From Sulfurimonadaceae bacterium (GTDB lineage: Bacteria; Campylobacterota; Campylobacteria; Campylobacterales; Sulfurimonadaceae): a DNA stretch of 36,291 bases. The notes below the pieces were generated by a model. That model was not told the DNA's origin. It saw only the letters and a program-made list of their open reading frames with translations, and did no database searches. The stretch spans positions 1 to 36,291 of the forward strand of contig JBFEXS010000007.1 in assembly GCA_041562555.1 (NCBI GenBank). Reading direction: 5' to 3'. Below, one piece after another: positions 9,614-20,550 of the stretch (positions within the stretch are counted from its first letter, which is position 1; the number at the start of each line of letters is the position of its first letter). The translations under genes and the position numbers were made by a program.

Positions 9614-10885
9614 CTATGCTTTTACTGCCTGAAGAAAGTCTTCGATAATGTCATCTGGATTTTCCAGACCGATAGAAACGCGGATCAGCCCCGGAGTGAT
9701 CCCCAAAAAGCTTCGCTGTTCCTCATCGAAATCACTATAGATCGTAGATGCCATATGTAGAGCCAATGTGCGGCTGTCCCCGATGTTTGCCGTTATGGTC
9801 GGCAGTTTTGTCTTATCTAAAAAGGCAAAGGCTTTTTCCTTACTTCCCATGTCAATGGTCAATAGCGTCCCACACCCTCGCGCAAACTCCTTTTGATATC
9901 GCTCATGATGAGGATGCTTGCTAAGACAAGGATGATTGATATCCAATCCGGCCTTATCCAAGGCGATGGCTATCTTCTCTACACTTGAGACCACTCTGTC
10001 CATGCGTAGCGGAAGCGTCTCCAGACCCAACATTGTCAAATACGATGAAAAAGCCGATGCGCTCATCCCGAAATCGCGCATTGCACGTTTCTTGGCATTT
10101 GGGATCAATGCCATAGCACCCATCTTATTGATAAACTTATGGATATCTTTGTAACGCTCTGTTTTGAACTTATCTTCACCATCGACATCTATCGCACGAA
10201 AAACTGCTGCACCACCAAGTACCGAAGCGTTTCCTGAAATGATCTTTGTCGTCGAATAGACAATAATATCCGCACCCAATGCCAAAGGTTTGACACTCAT
10301 CGGAGTAATCGTATTGTCTACCATCAGGACAACCCCGTACTTATCAGCGATCTGAGCGATTGCTCTGATATCCGGCAAGCGCATATTCGGATTTCCGACA
10401 GATTCCAAAAAGATGATTTTTGTTTTATCGGTGATGGCAGCTTCGATACCATTCAGTTCATCCACATCAAAAAAACTTGTTGAAACACCAAAACGTGACA
10501 GCGTTTCCGTGAAAAGTGCATAGGTTCCGCCAAAAAGTCCGCCTACACTAATGATCTCATCCCCGCTGGAGACGATAGACATGACTGCCAAAGTAGTTGC
10601 TGCCATACCCGAGCTTGTACAAACAGCCCCTATTCCACCATCCATTTTCGCCAGGATGTTTTCCAGTTTTGAACCCGTTGGATTGCCGACACGGGCATAC
10701 AGAGGTTTCTTAACGGAACCATCGAAGATCCCTTCGCCGGTTGCCGAATCTCCATAAGCAAATGATGCTGATTGTGCAATAACCGGTGATATCGGTCCCT
10801 CTTTTGAACCTACTTCTTGGACAAAAAAGCTTGCATACTCTTCAAACCGCGTCGCTTCCGACGAAGTTTCATTAAAATTTTCCAT
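9614..10885 (-). CDS. PLP-dependent trans-sulfuration enzyme, O-acetylhomoserine sulfhydrylase (MetY/MetZ)-like
   Basis: YARVGNPT, SSGMAA, FGGT, ESVGNP, VDNT, PLP lysine motif YSTTK, ANIGDSRTL and IRVSIGLE. Confidence 0.82.
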   Translation of the reverse strand: MENFNETSSEATRFEEYASFFVQEVGSKEGPISPVIAQSASFAYGDSATGEGIFDGSVKKPLYARVGNPTGSKLENILAKMDGGIGAVCTSSGMAATTLAVMSIVSSGDEIISVGGLFGGTYALFTETLSRFGVSTSFFDVDELNGIEAAITDKTKIIFLESVGNPNMRLPDIRAIAQIADKYGVVLMVDNTITPMSVKPLALGADIIVYSTTKIISGNASVLGGAAVFRAIDVDGEDKFKTERYKDIHKFINKMGAMALIPNAKKRAMRDFGMSASAFSSYLTMLGLETLPLRMDRVVSSVEKIAIALDKAGLDINHPCLSKHPHHERYQKEFARGCGTLLTIDMGSKEKAFAFLDKTKLPTITANIGDSRTLALHMASTIYSDFDEEQRSFLGITPGLIRVSIGLENPDDIIEDFLQAVKA

Positions 10886-10938
10886 ATTTTTCCATTTCTA
10901 AGGATATAATTACGAAATTATATCGAAAGAATCTCATC

Positions 10939-11565
10939 ATGGCGAAACGTATTTTTATAACTGCAACAAATACTGATATCGGTAAGACATATACTACAAC
11001 TCTTCTTCTGAAAGAGTTGGCTTCGCAAGGATTTAAAGTCGGTGTATTCAAACCTATCGAGACCGGTGTTGAGACACTTCCCTTAGACGGTTCCAAGCTG
11101 TTTAACCTTGCCAAAGAGCTCAATCCCGCACTCGAGGCTCTCGACCTGGACACTATAGTTCCTTATCAGTTTAGACTTCCCGCCGCCCCCTACGTTGCAA
11201 AAGGCGATACAACCATAGACCTTGATTACATCCAGAAAAAATTGGACACGCTAGAAAAGTATTGCGACGTAGTACTTATAGAGGGAGCAGGTGGTCTTAT
11301 GGTACCGATTGAAGAAAATCTCTTCATCGTAGACTTGATCGATCTCTTTCATGCATCCGTCCTGCTCGTCGTTCCAAGCAGACTAGGTTCTATCAACGAC
11401 ACTCTCCTTAACCGCCATCTTCTTGATAACAGAAACATTTCCTATACTTGGGCGATCAATTTATATGAAGACAAAGAGAGCTTTCAAGAGGTCACTGCAC
11501 CCTTTTACAAAAATGATTTTTTGACGGTCCAAGATGATATGAAAGCTATTGCAAATAAGCTATAA
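10939..11565 (+). CDS. bioD: Dethiobiotin synthase
   Basis: [29 protein letters not shown] and LGSINDT. Confidence 0.95.
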   Translation: MAKRIFITATNTDIGKTYTTTLLLKELASQGFKVGVFKPIETGVETLPLDGSKLFNLAKELNPALEALDLDTIVPYQFRLPAAPYVAKGDTTIDLDYIQKKLDTLEKYCDVVLIEGAGGLMVPIEENLFIVDLIDLFHASVLLVVPSRLGSINDTLLNRHLLDNRNISYTWAINLYEDKESFQEVTAPFYKNDFLTVQDDMKAIANKL

Positions 11566-11566
11566 T
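11561..11566 (+). promoter_or_regulatory. Sigma70 -10 box for pyrB-pabB, overlapping the bioD stop
   Basis: TATAAT 30 nt upstream of the pyrB ATG. Confidence 0.5.
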
Positions 11567-11596
11567 TACACCAGTAACCCATACAGAAGGAAAACA

Positions 11597-12469
11597 ATGC
11601 AGCATCTTATCACTACCAGAGAACTTAGCCTCGACGAGATCCAAGCACTCTATGATGATGCTGCACGTTTTAAACAGGGACATATCGTTCCACTGTTACA
11701 AGACAAGATCATCATCACGCTCTTTTTTGAAAACTCTACACGTACACGTTCCTCCTTTGAAGTCGCTGCCAAACGTCTTGGGGCGCAGATGGTTCACCTG
11801 GACGTCGCCAAAAGTTCCACTAAAAAAGGCGAGACATTAACGGATACAGCTGCTAACCTGGATGCTATGGGGCCCAATGCCATTATCGTCAGACATGCCA
11901 ATGCGGGAGTCCCTCAAATAATCTCCGAACATACCAAGGCTGCAATCATCAATGCCGGTGACGGAGCACATGCACACCCAACTCAGGCACTTCTTGACTT
12001 TTTTACACTCAAAGAGCATTTTGGCGATCTAGAAGGGAAAAAGATCGCTATTGTCGGTGACATCAAGAACTCCCGTGTCGCAAACAGCAATATCGATCTC
12101 CTGACCCGTTTGGGTATGGAGGTCATTCTTGTCACCCCACCTCACTTTTTACCGAGCACCACACTGCGTCATACCCATCGTCTTGATGAGATCATTGATG
12201 ATGTCGATGCCATCATGAGTCTTCGTACCCAGACAGAGCGACATGAACATCCTACCTATGCGTCTCTCAAAGACTATGCCAGCGACTTCTGTATAACGAA
12301 GGAACTTGTAGGAGACAGAGATATTATCCTGCTTCATCCCGGCCCGGTTCACAGGAATATCGATATTGATGATGAGATGCTCTCTGATGAACGCTGTAAG
12401 GTGCTTCAACAGGTAGAGAACGGTGTCTTTATGCGTATGGCTGTCTTAAAGAAGCTGACACTAGGCTGA
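11597..12469 (+). CDS. pyrB: Aspartate carbamoyltransferase catalytic subunit
   Basis: [34 protein letters not shown] and HPGP. Start reset to ATG 11597 behind AAGGA. Confidence 0.96.
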   Translation: MQHLITTRELSLDEIQALYDDAARFKQGHIVPLLQDKIIITLFFENSTRTRSSFEVAAKRLGAQMVHLDVAKSSTKKGETLTDTAANLDAMGPNAIIVRHANAGVPQIISEHTKAAIINAGDGAHAHPTQALLDFFTLKEHFGDLEGKKIAIVGDIKNSRVANSNIDLLTRLGMEVILVTPPHFLPSTTLRHTHRLDEIIDDVDAIMSLRTQTERHEHPTYASLKDYASDFCITKELVGDRDIILLHPGPVHRNIDIDDEMLSDERCKVLQQVENGVFMRMAVLKKLTLG

Positions 12470-13398
12470 TGCACCGACTATCCGAACTCGCCGCACAAAA
12501 GGTCCCTTTTCTTTTCTATACTGATTTCAAGGCAGATGAGACACATCTCTTTACACTTGACGAACTGAAAGCTGAAGACATCGAGTTTGCCTTTGATTAT
12601 ACAGACTACACACCACATGATCATCAGTTCACCCTTTTTCCCCAAGACTTTGGCACGTACAAAAAAGGCTTTGACACGATCATAGAAAAGATCAAATCCG
12701 GTGAGACTTACCTCTTAAACTATACCTGTTCCACTCCAATGACATCAAAACTGAATCTCAAAGAGATCTTCACCTATGCCAATGCCCCTTTCAAACTGCG
12801 AGTAAAAGATCAATTTGTCTGCTTCTCTCCGGAGCGTTTTATACGGATTAGTAATAATAGTATTTTTACCTACCCTATGAAAGGCACTATCGATGCTTCC
12901 ATTGATAATGCGGAGGCAAAAATACTTGCCAATGCCAAAGAGATGGCAGAACATATCATGGTCGTTGATCTTTTACGCAATGATCTTTCCATGGTTGCAG
13001 ACCACGTCAGGGTCAATCGCTTTCGATACATCGATAAGATCCATGCAGGTTCCAAGGAACTCCTGCAGGTCAGCTCCGAGATTGAAGGCAGACTCAGAGA
13101 TGACTGGCCTGCACAACTCTCCAAGATCATCCAGACCCTGTTACCTGCCGGTAGTATCAGCGGTACTCCTAAAAAACGTACTGTCGAGATCATTCAGGAA
13201 GTCGAAGGACACCAACGGGACTATTTTACCGGTGTCTTTGGTATCTTTGATGGAGAGAACTTTGACTCAGCTGTGATGATACGCTTCATCCAGAACACCC
13301 CTCAGGGGCTTATCTACAAAAGCGGCGGAGGTATTACCCTTGAGAGTTGTGCCCAATCCGAATATCAAGAGATGATTGATAAAATTTATCTTCCCTAA
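12469..13398 (+). CDS. pabB: Aminodeoxychorismate synthase component I (short form)
   Basis: FSPERF, PMKGTI, KEMAEHIMVVDLLRNDL, LPAGSISGTPK and YKSGGGIT. Confidence 0.88.
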   Translation: MHRLSELAAQKVPFLFYTDFKADETHLFTLDELKAEDIEFAFDYTDYTPHDHQFTLFPQDFGTYKKGFDTIIEKIKSGETYLLNYTCSTPMTSKLNLKEIFTYANAPFKLRVKDQFVCFSPERFIRISNNSIFTYPMKGTIDASIDNAEAKILANAKEMAEHIMVVDLLRNDLSMVADHVRVNRFRYIDKIHAGSKELLQVSSEIEGRLRDDWPAQLSKIIQTLLPAGSISGTPKKRTVEIIQEVEGHQRDYFTGVFGIFDGENFDSAVMIRFIQNTPQGLIYKSGGGITLESCAQSEYQEMIDKIYLP

Positions 13399-13501
13399 AC
13401 CTATCTATTTCACAATTTAACAATTTATTTAAACATATATTAACTATTCGCCCACTAAGATAGTATTAGTTATCCTAATATATTATCTAGATAGGCATAC
13501 C

Positions 13502-13864
13502 ATGACAACAGAACTTGCATTGGCCTCAGGCACGATTATCTTTCTTTTGTTCTTTATTCCCTTTATGATCCATCTGAGCCGTAAACTCGGATACAGACAT
13601 AGCGAGGGGAAAGCTAAGAACGAGGTATATGAGAGCGGTGTTCGCTTTATTGTCAAAGACAGTTTCGAACGATTTAATGTGAAGTACTATCTCGTTGCCA
13701 TCTTGTTCATTCTTTTCGATGTAGAGACCCTGTTTATGTTTCCTTGGGCAGTTAATCTAAGAGACCTTGGCTATTTTGGTCTTTTTGAGATGTTCACTTT
13801 TATGTTACTGTTACTTGCCGGGCTCGTCTATATCTATAAAAAAGGAGCCCTTAAATGGGAGTAG
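13502..13864 (+). CDS. nuoA: NADH-quinone oxidoreductase subunit A
   Basis: [22 protein letters not shown] and KKGALKW. Confidence 0.95.
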   Translation: MTTELALASGTIIFLLFFIPFMIHLSRKLGYRHSEGKAKNEVYESGVRFIVKDSFERFNVKYYLVAILFILFDVETLFMFPWAVNLRDLGYFGLFEMFTFMLLLLAGLVYIYKKGALKWE

Positions 13865-14364
13865 AGCTCTTAGGGGATGCCGTAGTGACAACGCGCCTGG
13901 ATGAAGCAGTCAACTGGGCTAGAGAATCTTCCCTGTGGCCCTTTGTCTTTGGAACTGCCTGTTGTGCTATCGAATTCATGTCTACCGCCTCCAGCAAACA
14001 TGACATTTCCCGTTTCGGTGCCGAAGTCGTACGCTTCTCTCCCCGACAGGCAGATCTACTTATCGTTGCAGGGACGATCTCCTACAAACAGGCACCTATC
14101 TTGAAACAGATATATGATCAGATGCCCGAGCCTAAATGGGTGATTTCCATGGGTGCCTGTGCTTGTTCAGGAGGGTTTTACGACAATTACACGACGCTTC
14201 AGGGTATCGATGAGATCATCCCCGTAGATGTATATGTCGCTGGTTGTCCTCCCCGCCCAGAATCGGTATTGGATGCGCTAATGGTCATACAGGAGAGCCT
14301 GAAAGACGAATCCCTCTCACAAGAAAGAAAACGTGACTTTGTAGGTAGGCTGGATAATGATTAA
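13855..14364 (+). CDS. nuoB: NADH-quinone oxidoreductase subunit B
   Basis: [23 protein letters not shown] and GCPPRPE (N2 ligands). Confidence 0.96.
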   Translation: MGVELLGDAVVTTRLDEAVNWARESSLWPFVFGTACCAIEFMSTASSKHDISRFGAEVVRFSPRQADLLIVAGTISYKQAPILKQIYDQMPEPKWVISMGACACSGGFYDNYTTLQGIDEIIPVDVYVAGCPPRPESVLDALMVIQESLKDESLSQERKRDFVGRLDND

Positions 14365-16051
14365 GCGCATGCGTGAAACCTTTAAAAAAGCAGAGTTCAT
14401 CTCCAAATCTTCTACACTTCTTTTAGATGAACAGGAGATTTTCAAGGCAGTCCAAAACTGTTTCACCTTTGGAGGGACCTACCTTTTAGACATCACGGTC
14501 ATCGATTATTTGGATTATATCCATCAGCAGCCATCACGATTTGCCATCGCTTATATCATACGACACAAAGATTTCAAAGAGAAGATCATACTCAAGGCTT
14601 TTTTAAGCCAAGAAAGGTGCCAAAGCATCTGCAGTATCTATAAAAGTGCCGACTGGCTAGAAAGAGAGTGTTATGATCAATATGGCATTCATTTTGAAGG
14701 CCATCCAAATCTCAAACGCGTGCTCAACCATTCTCAATTTAAAGGGCATCCCCTCCGCAAGGATTATCCGACGACAAAAGGACAGCTGTGTACCGAGACG
14801 GAAGACCTCATGCCGGAGATGAATGCCCGTCTTTTGGAAATGGGACTTGTGACACAAGACAACAATGGCATCTACAGTGAACCCAGCAGGGATCTGATGT
14901 TTATCAACATCGGTCCTTCTCATCCGGCCACCCATGGTACTATCCGAAACTTTTGTGCCATGGATGGTGAGACGGTTATTGCCAATGTGACCGAGATAGG
15001 TTATCTGCACAGAGGCTTTGAGAAGTCATGTGAAAACCATACCTACAATCAGATCATCCCTTATACCGACCGGCTGGACTATTGCTCAGCTACGACCAAC
15101 AATATCGCCTTTGCCAAGAGTGTCGAAGAGATGCTCGGTATTTCTCTTCCTGATCGGGCCATTGCTATCCGTGTGTTAGTCATGGAGCTCTCACGTATCA
15201 TCAATCACCTCGTCTGCCTGGCAGCGCAACTGGTCGATATGGGCGCGCTTACCAACTACTGGTACCTTTACAATCCTCGAGAATCGGCCTATACCTTCTT
15301 CTCCAAACTCACCGGTGCACGCCTGACTAATTCCTACATGCGCATCGGTGGGATGAGTTACGACCTGTATGAAGGGTACGAGAGTGATCTTAGACAGATT
15401 ATCAAAGAGATAGAAGAGGGAGTCTCCACGAGCCTGAGTCTGATAGAGCACAACCGTATCTTTCAAGACCGTACTCAGAACATCTGTGCCGTATCTGCTG
15501 ATGAAGCAATTTCCAGAGGGCTTTCCGGTCCAAACCTACGTGCTTCGGGTGTCAATTATGATATGCGTACTGCACAGCCTTATTACCTGTATAAAGACTT
15601 GGACTTTGATGTGGTGCTCGGATCAGTAGGCGATATCTATGATCGGATTATGGTCCGCTTTGAAGAGATAAACCAGAGCCTTCGTATCATGAAACAGCTC
15701 CTTGGGAATATCCCAGATGGCAAAATCTGCGTTGATGATGCGTCCATTATCTTGCCTGAAAAAGAGAAAGTCTATGGTAGTATAGAGGGAGTAATGAATC
15801 AGTTCAAGCTCATCTATGAAGGAGTCAAAGTACCCGCACAGGAGTACTACAGTTCTATCGAAGCCACTAACGGAGAACTTGGATTTTATATTGTCTCAAA
15901 CGGATCAGGATACCCACACAAGGTTAAGGTACGAGCACCAAGTTTTCTAGCTATGTCAGCCTATACCTCGATGGTCGAAGGCAGCATGCTGGCTGACGCG
16001 ATCTTGAACCTTGGGAGTATCAATATCATTGCAGGAGAGATGGACCGATGA
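14357..16051 (+). CDS. nuoCD: NADH-quinone oxidoreductase fused subunit C/D
   Basis: NuoC motifs WLERE and GHPLRKDYP are in the same frame as NuoD motifs [23 protein letters not shown] and the GEMDR terminus. Confidence 0.94.
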   Translation: MIKRMRETFKKAEFISKSSTLLLDEQEIFKAVQNCFTFGGTYLLDITVIDYLDYIHQQPSRFAIAYIIRHKDFKEKIILKAFLSQERCQSICSIYKSADWLERECYDQYGIHFEGHPNLKRVLNHSQFKGHPLRKDYPTTKGQLCTETEDLMPEMNARLLEMGLVTQDNNGIYSEPSRDLMFINIGPSHPATHGTIRNFCAMDGETVIANVTEIGYLHRGFEKSCENHTYNQIIPYTDRLDYCSATTNNIAFAKSVEEMLGISLPDRAIAIRVLVMELSRIINHLVCLAAQLVDMGALTNYWYLYNPRESAYTFFSKLTGARLTNSYMRIGGMSYDLYEGYESDLRQIIKEIEEGVSTSLSLIEHNRIFQDRTQNICAVSADEAISRGLSGPNLRASGVNYDMRTAQPYYLYKDLDFDVVLGSVGDIYDRIMVRFEEINQSLRIMKQLLGNIPDGKICVDDASIILPEKEKVYGSIEGVMNQFKLIYEGVKVPAQEYYSSIEATNGELGFYIVSNGSGYPHKVKVRAPSFLAMSAYTSMVEGSMLADAILNLGSINIIAGEMDR

Positions 16052-16518
16052 GTTTTTGTTTTGATGAAGCCAACGAAAAAGCATTTAATGCCCTGCTTCC
16101 ACGATATCCCCATCCAAAATCCCTGGTTCTTCCAAGCCTATGGATGGTACAGTATCAAAAGGGGTATATATCATCTGAAGCGATGGATTATCTCGCACAC
16201 AAGTTGGATGTCCCCAAGGCCCATCTCTATTCTGTTGCGACCTTTTATACGATGTTCCATCTTGAACCTATCCCTCCTTATCATATCCAGGTGTGCAAGA
16301 CACTTTCATGCGAACTGTGTGGCAAGGCAGAAATCATCAAGACTATCGAAGAAGAGACCGGTCTAAAAGTCAATGAGAGTAATGCTCACTTCAAACTTTC
16401 TGAAGTCGAGTGCCTCGGTGCTTGCGGAGGTGCACCGATGTTGGCCCTCAATGAAAAGTATTATGAGAACCTGACTCCCGAATCGACCAGACAACTGCTG
16501 CAAAGGTGTATGAAATGA
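16048..16518 (+). CDS. nuoE: NADH-quinone oxidoreductase subunit E
   Basis: [14 protein letters not shown] and CLGAC (N1a [2Fe-2S] ligands). Confidence 0.93.
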   Translation: MSFCFDEANEKAFNALLPRYPHPKSLVLPSLWMVQYQKGYISSEAMDYLAHKLDVPKAHLYSVATFYTMFHLEPIPPYHIQVCKTLSCELCGKAEIIKTIEEETGLKVNESNAHFKLSEVECLGACGGAPMLALNEKYYENLTPESTRQLLQRCMK

Positions 16519-17780
16519 TACAGAAGATCGTAAGCAGGCACTTTGACATAAAGGGCTTTCATATGCTCAGTGTCGCTAAGGAGCATGGTGCCTATAGCAG
16601 ACTGGAGGAAGCTTTTGCAAAGAAACCCTATGAACTTGAAGCGGAGGTCTCAAAAAGCGGGCTGCGAGGCAAAGGTGGAGGCGGAGCGCCGACAGGAGCC
16701 AAATGGTGCTTACTCTCAAGCAGCGATGACCCCACCTATCTTATCGTCAATGCCGATGAGAGTGAGCCGGGTACCTTCAAAGACAGACAGATACTTGAGT
16801 TTGACCCGCACCTGCTTATTGAAGGGATCATCCTCACCTGCTACGCCATCGGTGCCCATGATGCCTATATCTATATCCGTGGAGAGTACAAGTTTTTTGC
16901 CGATCGTCTTAATGAAGCCATTGCCGAAGCCTATACCGAAGGGTTGATTGGAAAAAGGGTTAAGAGTTTTGACTATCGCGTAGATATTACGGTACACCGC
17001 GGAGCAGGTGCTTATATCTGCGGAGAGAAGTCTGCGCTCATCGAATCTCTGGAGGGTAATCGTGGTCATCCGCGTCTCAAGCCCCATATTCCATCTCCTG
17101 AATACTTTTTCAACAAACCGGCTCTGGTCAACAATGTAGAGACTATCGCTTCCATTCCTTTTATCATCTATGAAGGTGCCGATGCCTATCGTGCGTATGG
17201 AACAGAAAAAAGCCCCGGCACCCTTCTCTTTGGCCTCAGTGGGCATATTAACAACTCCGGTATTTATGAGCTGGCCTTCGGATCCTCCATGCAGGAGTTT
17301 ATTGATACCATCGGCGGAGGCGTCAAGCAGGGGAAAAAACTTAAGGCCGTCATCCCCGGAGGTGCTTCTACGCCGGTATTGACAGCAGACGAAGTCAAAA
17401 CTGCCAAGCTTGATTATGAATCCATGAGAGCTATAGGTTCTGCTTTGGGTACAGGGGGTATGATTGTCATGGATGAAGACACCTGTATGGTCTCTGCCCT
17501 AAAAAACCTTCTGGCCTTTTATCATCATGAGTCCTGTGGACAATGTACCCCCTGTAGAGAAGGCACTGCCTGGGTAGACGGGATCCTTGAGAACATCTTG
17601 CAAGCAAAGGGAAAACTTGATGACCTTGATCTGCTCAGTGATATATCCAAGACGATGAACGGCAAGACAATATGCGTCTTCGCACCGGCAGTCGCTATGG
17701 TCATCGACGGTTTTATCTCACGCTTTAGGGATGAGTTTGAAACCTATATCCAGAACACCAAAGGAGCAGAACATGCCTGA
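16515..17780 (+). CDS. nuoF: NADH-quinone oxidoreductase subunit F (FMN, N3) with an atypical nucleotide pocket
   Basis: GLRGKGGGG, NADESEPGTFKDR, GAGAYICGE, NNVET and ESCGQCTPCREG...C. ATGA overlap with the nuoE stop. Confidence 0.93.
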   Translation: MIQKIVSRHFDIKGFHMLSVAKEHGAYSRLEEAFAKKPYELEAEVSKSGLRGKGGGGAPTGAKWCLLSSSDDPTYLIVNADESEPGTFKDRQILEFDPHLLIEGIILTCYAIGAHDAYIYIRGEYKFFADRLNEAIAEAYTEGLIGKRVKSFDYRVDITVHRGAGAYICGEKSALIESLEGNRGHPRLKPHIPSPEYFFNKPALVNNVETIASIPFIIYEGADAYRAYGTEKSPGTLLFGLSGHINNSGIYELAFGSSMQEFIDTIGGGVKQGKKLKAVIPGGASTPVLTADEVKTAKLDYESMRAIGSALGTGGMIVMDEDTCMVSALKNLLAFYHHESCGQCTPCREGTAWVDGILENILQAKGKLDDLDLLSDISKTMNGKTICVFAPAVAMVIDGFISRFRDEFETYIQNTKGAEHA

Positions 17781-19284
17781 AATGGTCACCTTTATCGTAG
17801 ATGATCAAAAGATTCAAGCTCCCGAGGGTGCTTTACTCCTTCCTGTACTGCTGAAGAATGGTATACATGTACCCCATTTTTGTTATCACGATGCTTTAGG
17901 ACCCGATGGGAACTGCCGTATGTGTATGGTATCTATCGAAGGACAAAAGCGTCCTCAAGTCGCCTGCGATACACCGATCAAAAAAGACATGGTTGTCAGT
18001 ACAAAAAATGAAGGTATTAATGATGTAAAACGTAAGATACTGGAGCTTGAGCTGCTTTCTCATCCTGTTGACTGTCCTATCTGTGATCAGGCCGGAGAAT
18101 GTAGTCTCCAGGATTACTATATGGAGTTTGGTCTGCATGCGTCCCGTCGTCCAAAGGAGCAGAAAAAGCATAAAGACAAAAAGCTTGACATCGGTAAAAA
18201 TATCATCCTGGATCAAGAGCGCTGTGTCCTGTGTGCACGGTGTACCCGTTTCACCCAGGAGATCACCCATACCAATGAGCTTGCCATCATCGGCCGTGGC
18301 AATGACGCCCGTGTCTCTACTCTCCCGGGTGAGGGGATGTACACCCCCTATGCAATGAACATTATCGACCTATGCCCGGTAGGCGCACTCACTTCAAAGG
18401 ATTTTCGTTTCAAACAACGGGTCTGGTTTATGCATTCAGCCAAGGGTATCTGTCACGGATGTGCCAAAGGATGCAACATCTATCTGGACCATAATCAAGA
18501 AAAATACAAGAGTGACACTCTCTATCGTTTTCGTCCACGTATCAATAGTAATATTAATGGTCACTTTATCTGTGATGAGGGAAGACTATCCTATAAAGAG
18601 GAGAATCTGGAGCGTTTGGACGGGTACTATCAACATAATAAACCTATCTCCAAAGAAGCTGCCTTAGCACATCTTCTTCATGTGTTGAACGAGTTCAAAC
18701 CTCTGCTTATAGTCTCTCCTTCCCTCTCTCTAGAAGAGCTTTGTGCCATCATGCTACTTGCTCAGCATTTCGAACTGCAGATCAATGCCTATGAAGATGG
18801 ATACTATGATGAGAACTTTGGAGATGATTGGTTGCGCCGAAATGACCGATCGGCGAATCTCGCCGGCGTCAAGAGACTGGGGATTGACTCTTCTACCTCA
18901 TCACTCATTAGCGCCTTGGATACAACAAAATTTATCATCAACTTCAATCATAAGTCCTTCATACACCCTACCCCTAGAGTACAAGGGTTTTTAGTGCATA
19001 AAAAAGAGATCCACATCGCCTCTCACACCTTTGACAACTGTAAACACAAAGAGCTCCTGATCCCAATAAACTCCTATAGTGAACATAAAGGAACGCTGAT
19101 CAATGCTGACAATATCCTTCAGCGATATGAAGCAGGTTTGTGTAATGAACGCGAAGGGATATTAACACTGATTCATGAGCTTGTCGCCTCGCCGAGCAGT
19201 GTGGAAAATATCTGGGAGGAATACCTACACGAGAGTTTCGGCTTTCATTATGAGGATATCCCCCCTGAAGGCAGGGAAATCTGA
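17773..19284 (+). CDS. nuoG: NADH-quinone oxidoreductase subunit G, short form (503 aa)
   Basis: FCYH...CRMC...AC (N1b), HPVDCPICDQAGEC (N5), CVLCARC...CP (N4) and CHGCAKGC...C (N7). AAGGAG RBS before ATG 17773. Confidence 0.92.
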   Translation: MPEMVTFIVDDQKIQAPEGALLLPVLLKNGIHVPHFCYHDALGPDGNCRMCMVSIEGQKRPQVACDTPIKKDMVVSTKNEGINDVKRKILELELLSHPVDCPICDQAGECSLQDYYMEFGLHASRRPKEQKKHKDKKLDIGKNIILDQERCVLCARCTRFTQEITHTNELAIIGRGNDARVSTLPGEGMYTPYAMNIIDLCPVGALTSKDFRFKQRVWFMHSAKGICHGCAKGCNIYLDHNQEKYKSDTLYRFRPRINSNINGHFICDEGRLSYKEENLERLDGYYQHNKPISKEAALAHLLHVLNEFKPLLIVSPSLSLEELCAIMLLAQHFELQINAYEDGYYDENFGDDWLRRNDRSANLAGVKRLGIDSSTSSLISALDTTKFIINFNHKSFIHPTPRVQGFLVHKKEIHIASHTFDNCKHKELLIPINSYSEHKGTLINADNILQRYEAGLCNEREGILTLIHELVASPSSVENIWEEYLHESFGFHYEDIPPEGREI

Positions 19285-20549
19285 TGCATAACTTCATGAT
19301 CCTTTTTCCTATTATACTGACTCTACTCTTCACACTTGCGACCATACCTCTGCTCGTGTGGATGGAAAGACGCGTCGCTGCTTTAATACAAGACAGACTG
19401 GGTCCTAACCGATGTAATATCAAGGGCGTACGCCTTGGAGGGCTGATACAACCTATTGCCGATATGTTAAAACTTCTCTTCAAAGAAGAGTTCTATCCAA
19501 AACATGTCAAACATCGTTTCTACTATATTTTGGCTCCGATGATCGTCTTCGCCTCTGCTTTTCTCTCTTTCATGGTCATCCCCTATGCCGACGACATCAC
19601 CCTGGGTGAGTATACCTATCACATTCAAGCACTTCCGATCGACATGGGTGTTCTTTGGGTCTTTGCCTTTGCCGGGCTTGGAGTCTATGGTATCATCATT
19701 GCCGGTTGGTCCAGTCATAACAAATACTCTATTTTGGGAGCCCTTCGCGCCTCTTCCCAGGTCATCTCCTATGAGATAGCTATGGGCCTCTCCATCGTCT
19801 CATTACTGATAACCTATGGTTCGATATCCCTTAATGAGATGGTGACCTATCAGGGAGGACTCCTCTTTGGATTTCTCCCTGCCTGGGGTATCATACTTCA
19901 ACCTCTCGCAGGGGTCATCTTTATCGTTACTGCCTTTGCAGAGAGCAATCGTGCTCCCTTTGATGCAGCCGAGGGCGAGAGTGAAATCGTAGCCGGCTAC
20001 CATACGGAATACTCTGCGATGAAGTTTGCCCTCTTTTTCATGGGCGAATATATTGCGATGTCTGCGGCAAGTGCACTTATCGTAACCCTTTTGTTTGGCG
20101 GATATCAGATCCCTTGGCTTAACACGCAAATCATGCGTGAGCATATGCCTTTGATCATCATGTCACTGATATTTCTGATCCCCTTGATCAGCTTAAGCTT
20201 TATCTCATGGATGAAGCACAATAACAGCTGTGATCCAAGCAGGCAAAAAGAGACCCATTACGCCACAATCATCATCACCCTGATTGTCATCATAATGGAA
20301 AGCTTTTTGTTTTATCTGCTCTCATCGGGCATGAATACGGAGCAGAATGCTCTTTTTGTGATGATCTTGCAGATCCTTAGCTTTGCCATCAAAGTGATGC
20401 TTATGAATTTTGTCTTCGTATGGGTACGCTGGACGTTTCCTCGTTTTAGATACGACCAGACCCAGCATCTGGGGTGGAGGATATTACTACCGCTTTCCCT
20501 GCTGAATATCTTTATAACGGCTACAGTCGTCGTTGTCTTAGGAGTCTAA
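19284..20549 (+). CDS. nuoH: NADH-quinone oxidoreductase subunit H with internal insertion
   Basis: ERRV...QDRLGP, QPIADMLKLLFKE, ESNRAPFD, ESEIVAGYHTEYS and WVRWTFPRFRYDQ. Confidence 0.94.
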   Translation: MHNFMILFPIILTLLFTLATIPLLVWMERRVAALIQDRLGPNRCNIKGVRLGGLIQPIADMLKLLFKEEFYPKHVKHRFYYILAPMIVFASAFLSFMVIPYADDITLGEYTYHIQALPIDMGVLWVFAFAGLGVYGIIIAGWSSHNKYSILGALRASSQVISYEIAMGLSIVSLLITYGSISLNEMVTYQGGLLFGFLPAWGIILQPLAGVIFIVTAFAESNRAPFDAAEGESEIVAGYHTEYSAMKFALFFMGEYIAMSAASALIVTLLFGGYQIPWLNTQIMREHMPLIIMSLIFLIPLISLSFISWMKHNNSCDPSRQKETHYATIIITLIVIIMESFLFYLLSSGMNTEQNALFVMILQILSFAIKVMLMNFVFVWVRWTFPRFRYDQTQHLGWRILLPLSLLNIFITATVVVVLGV

Positions 20550-20550
20550 C

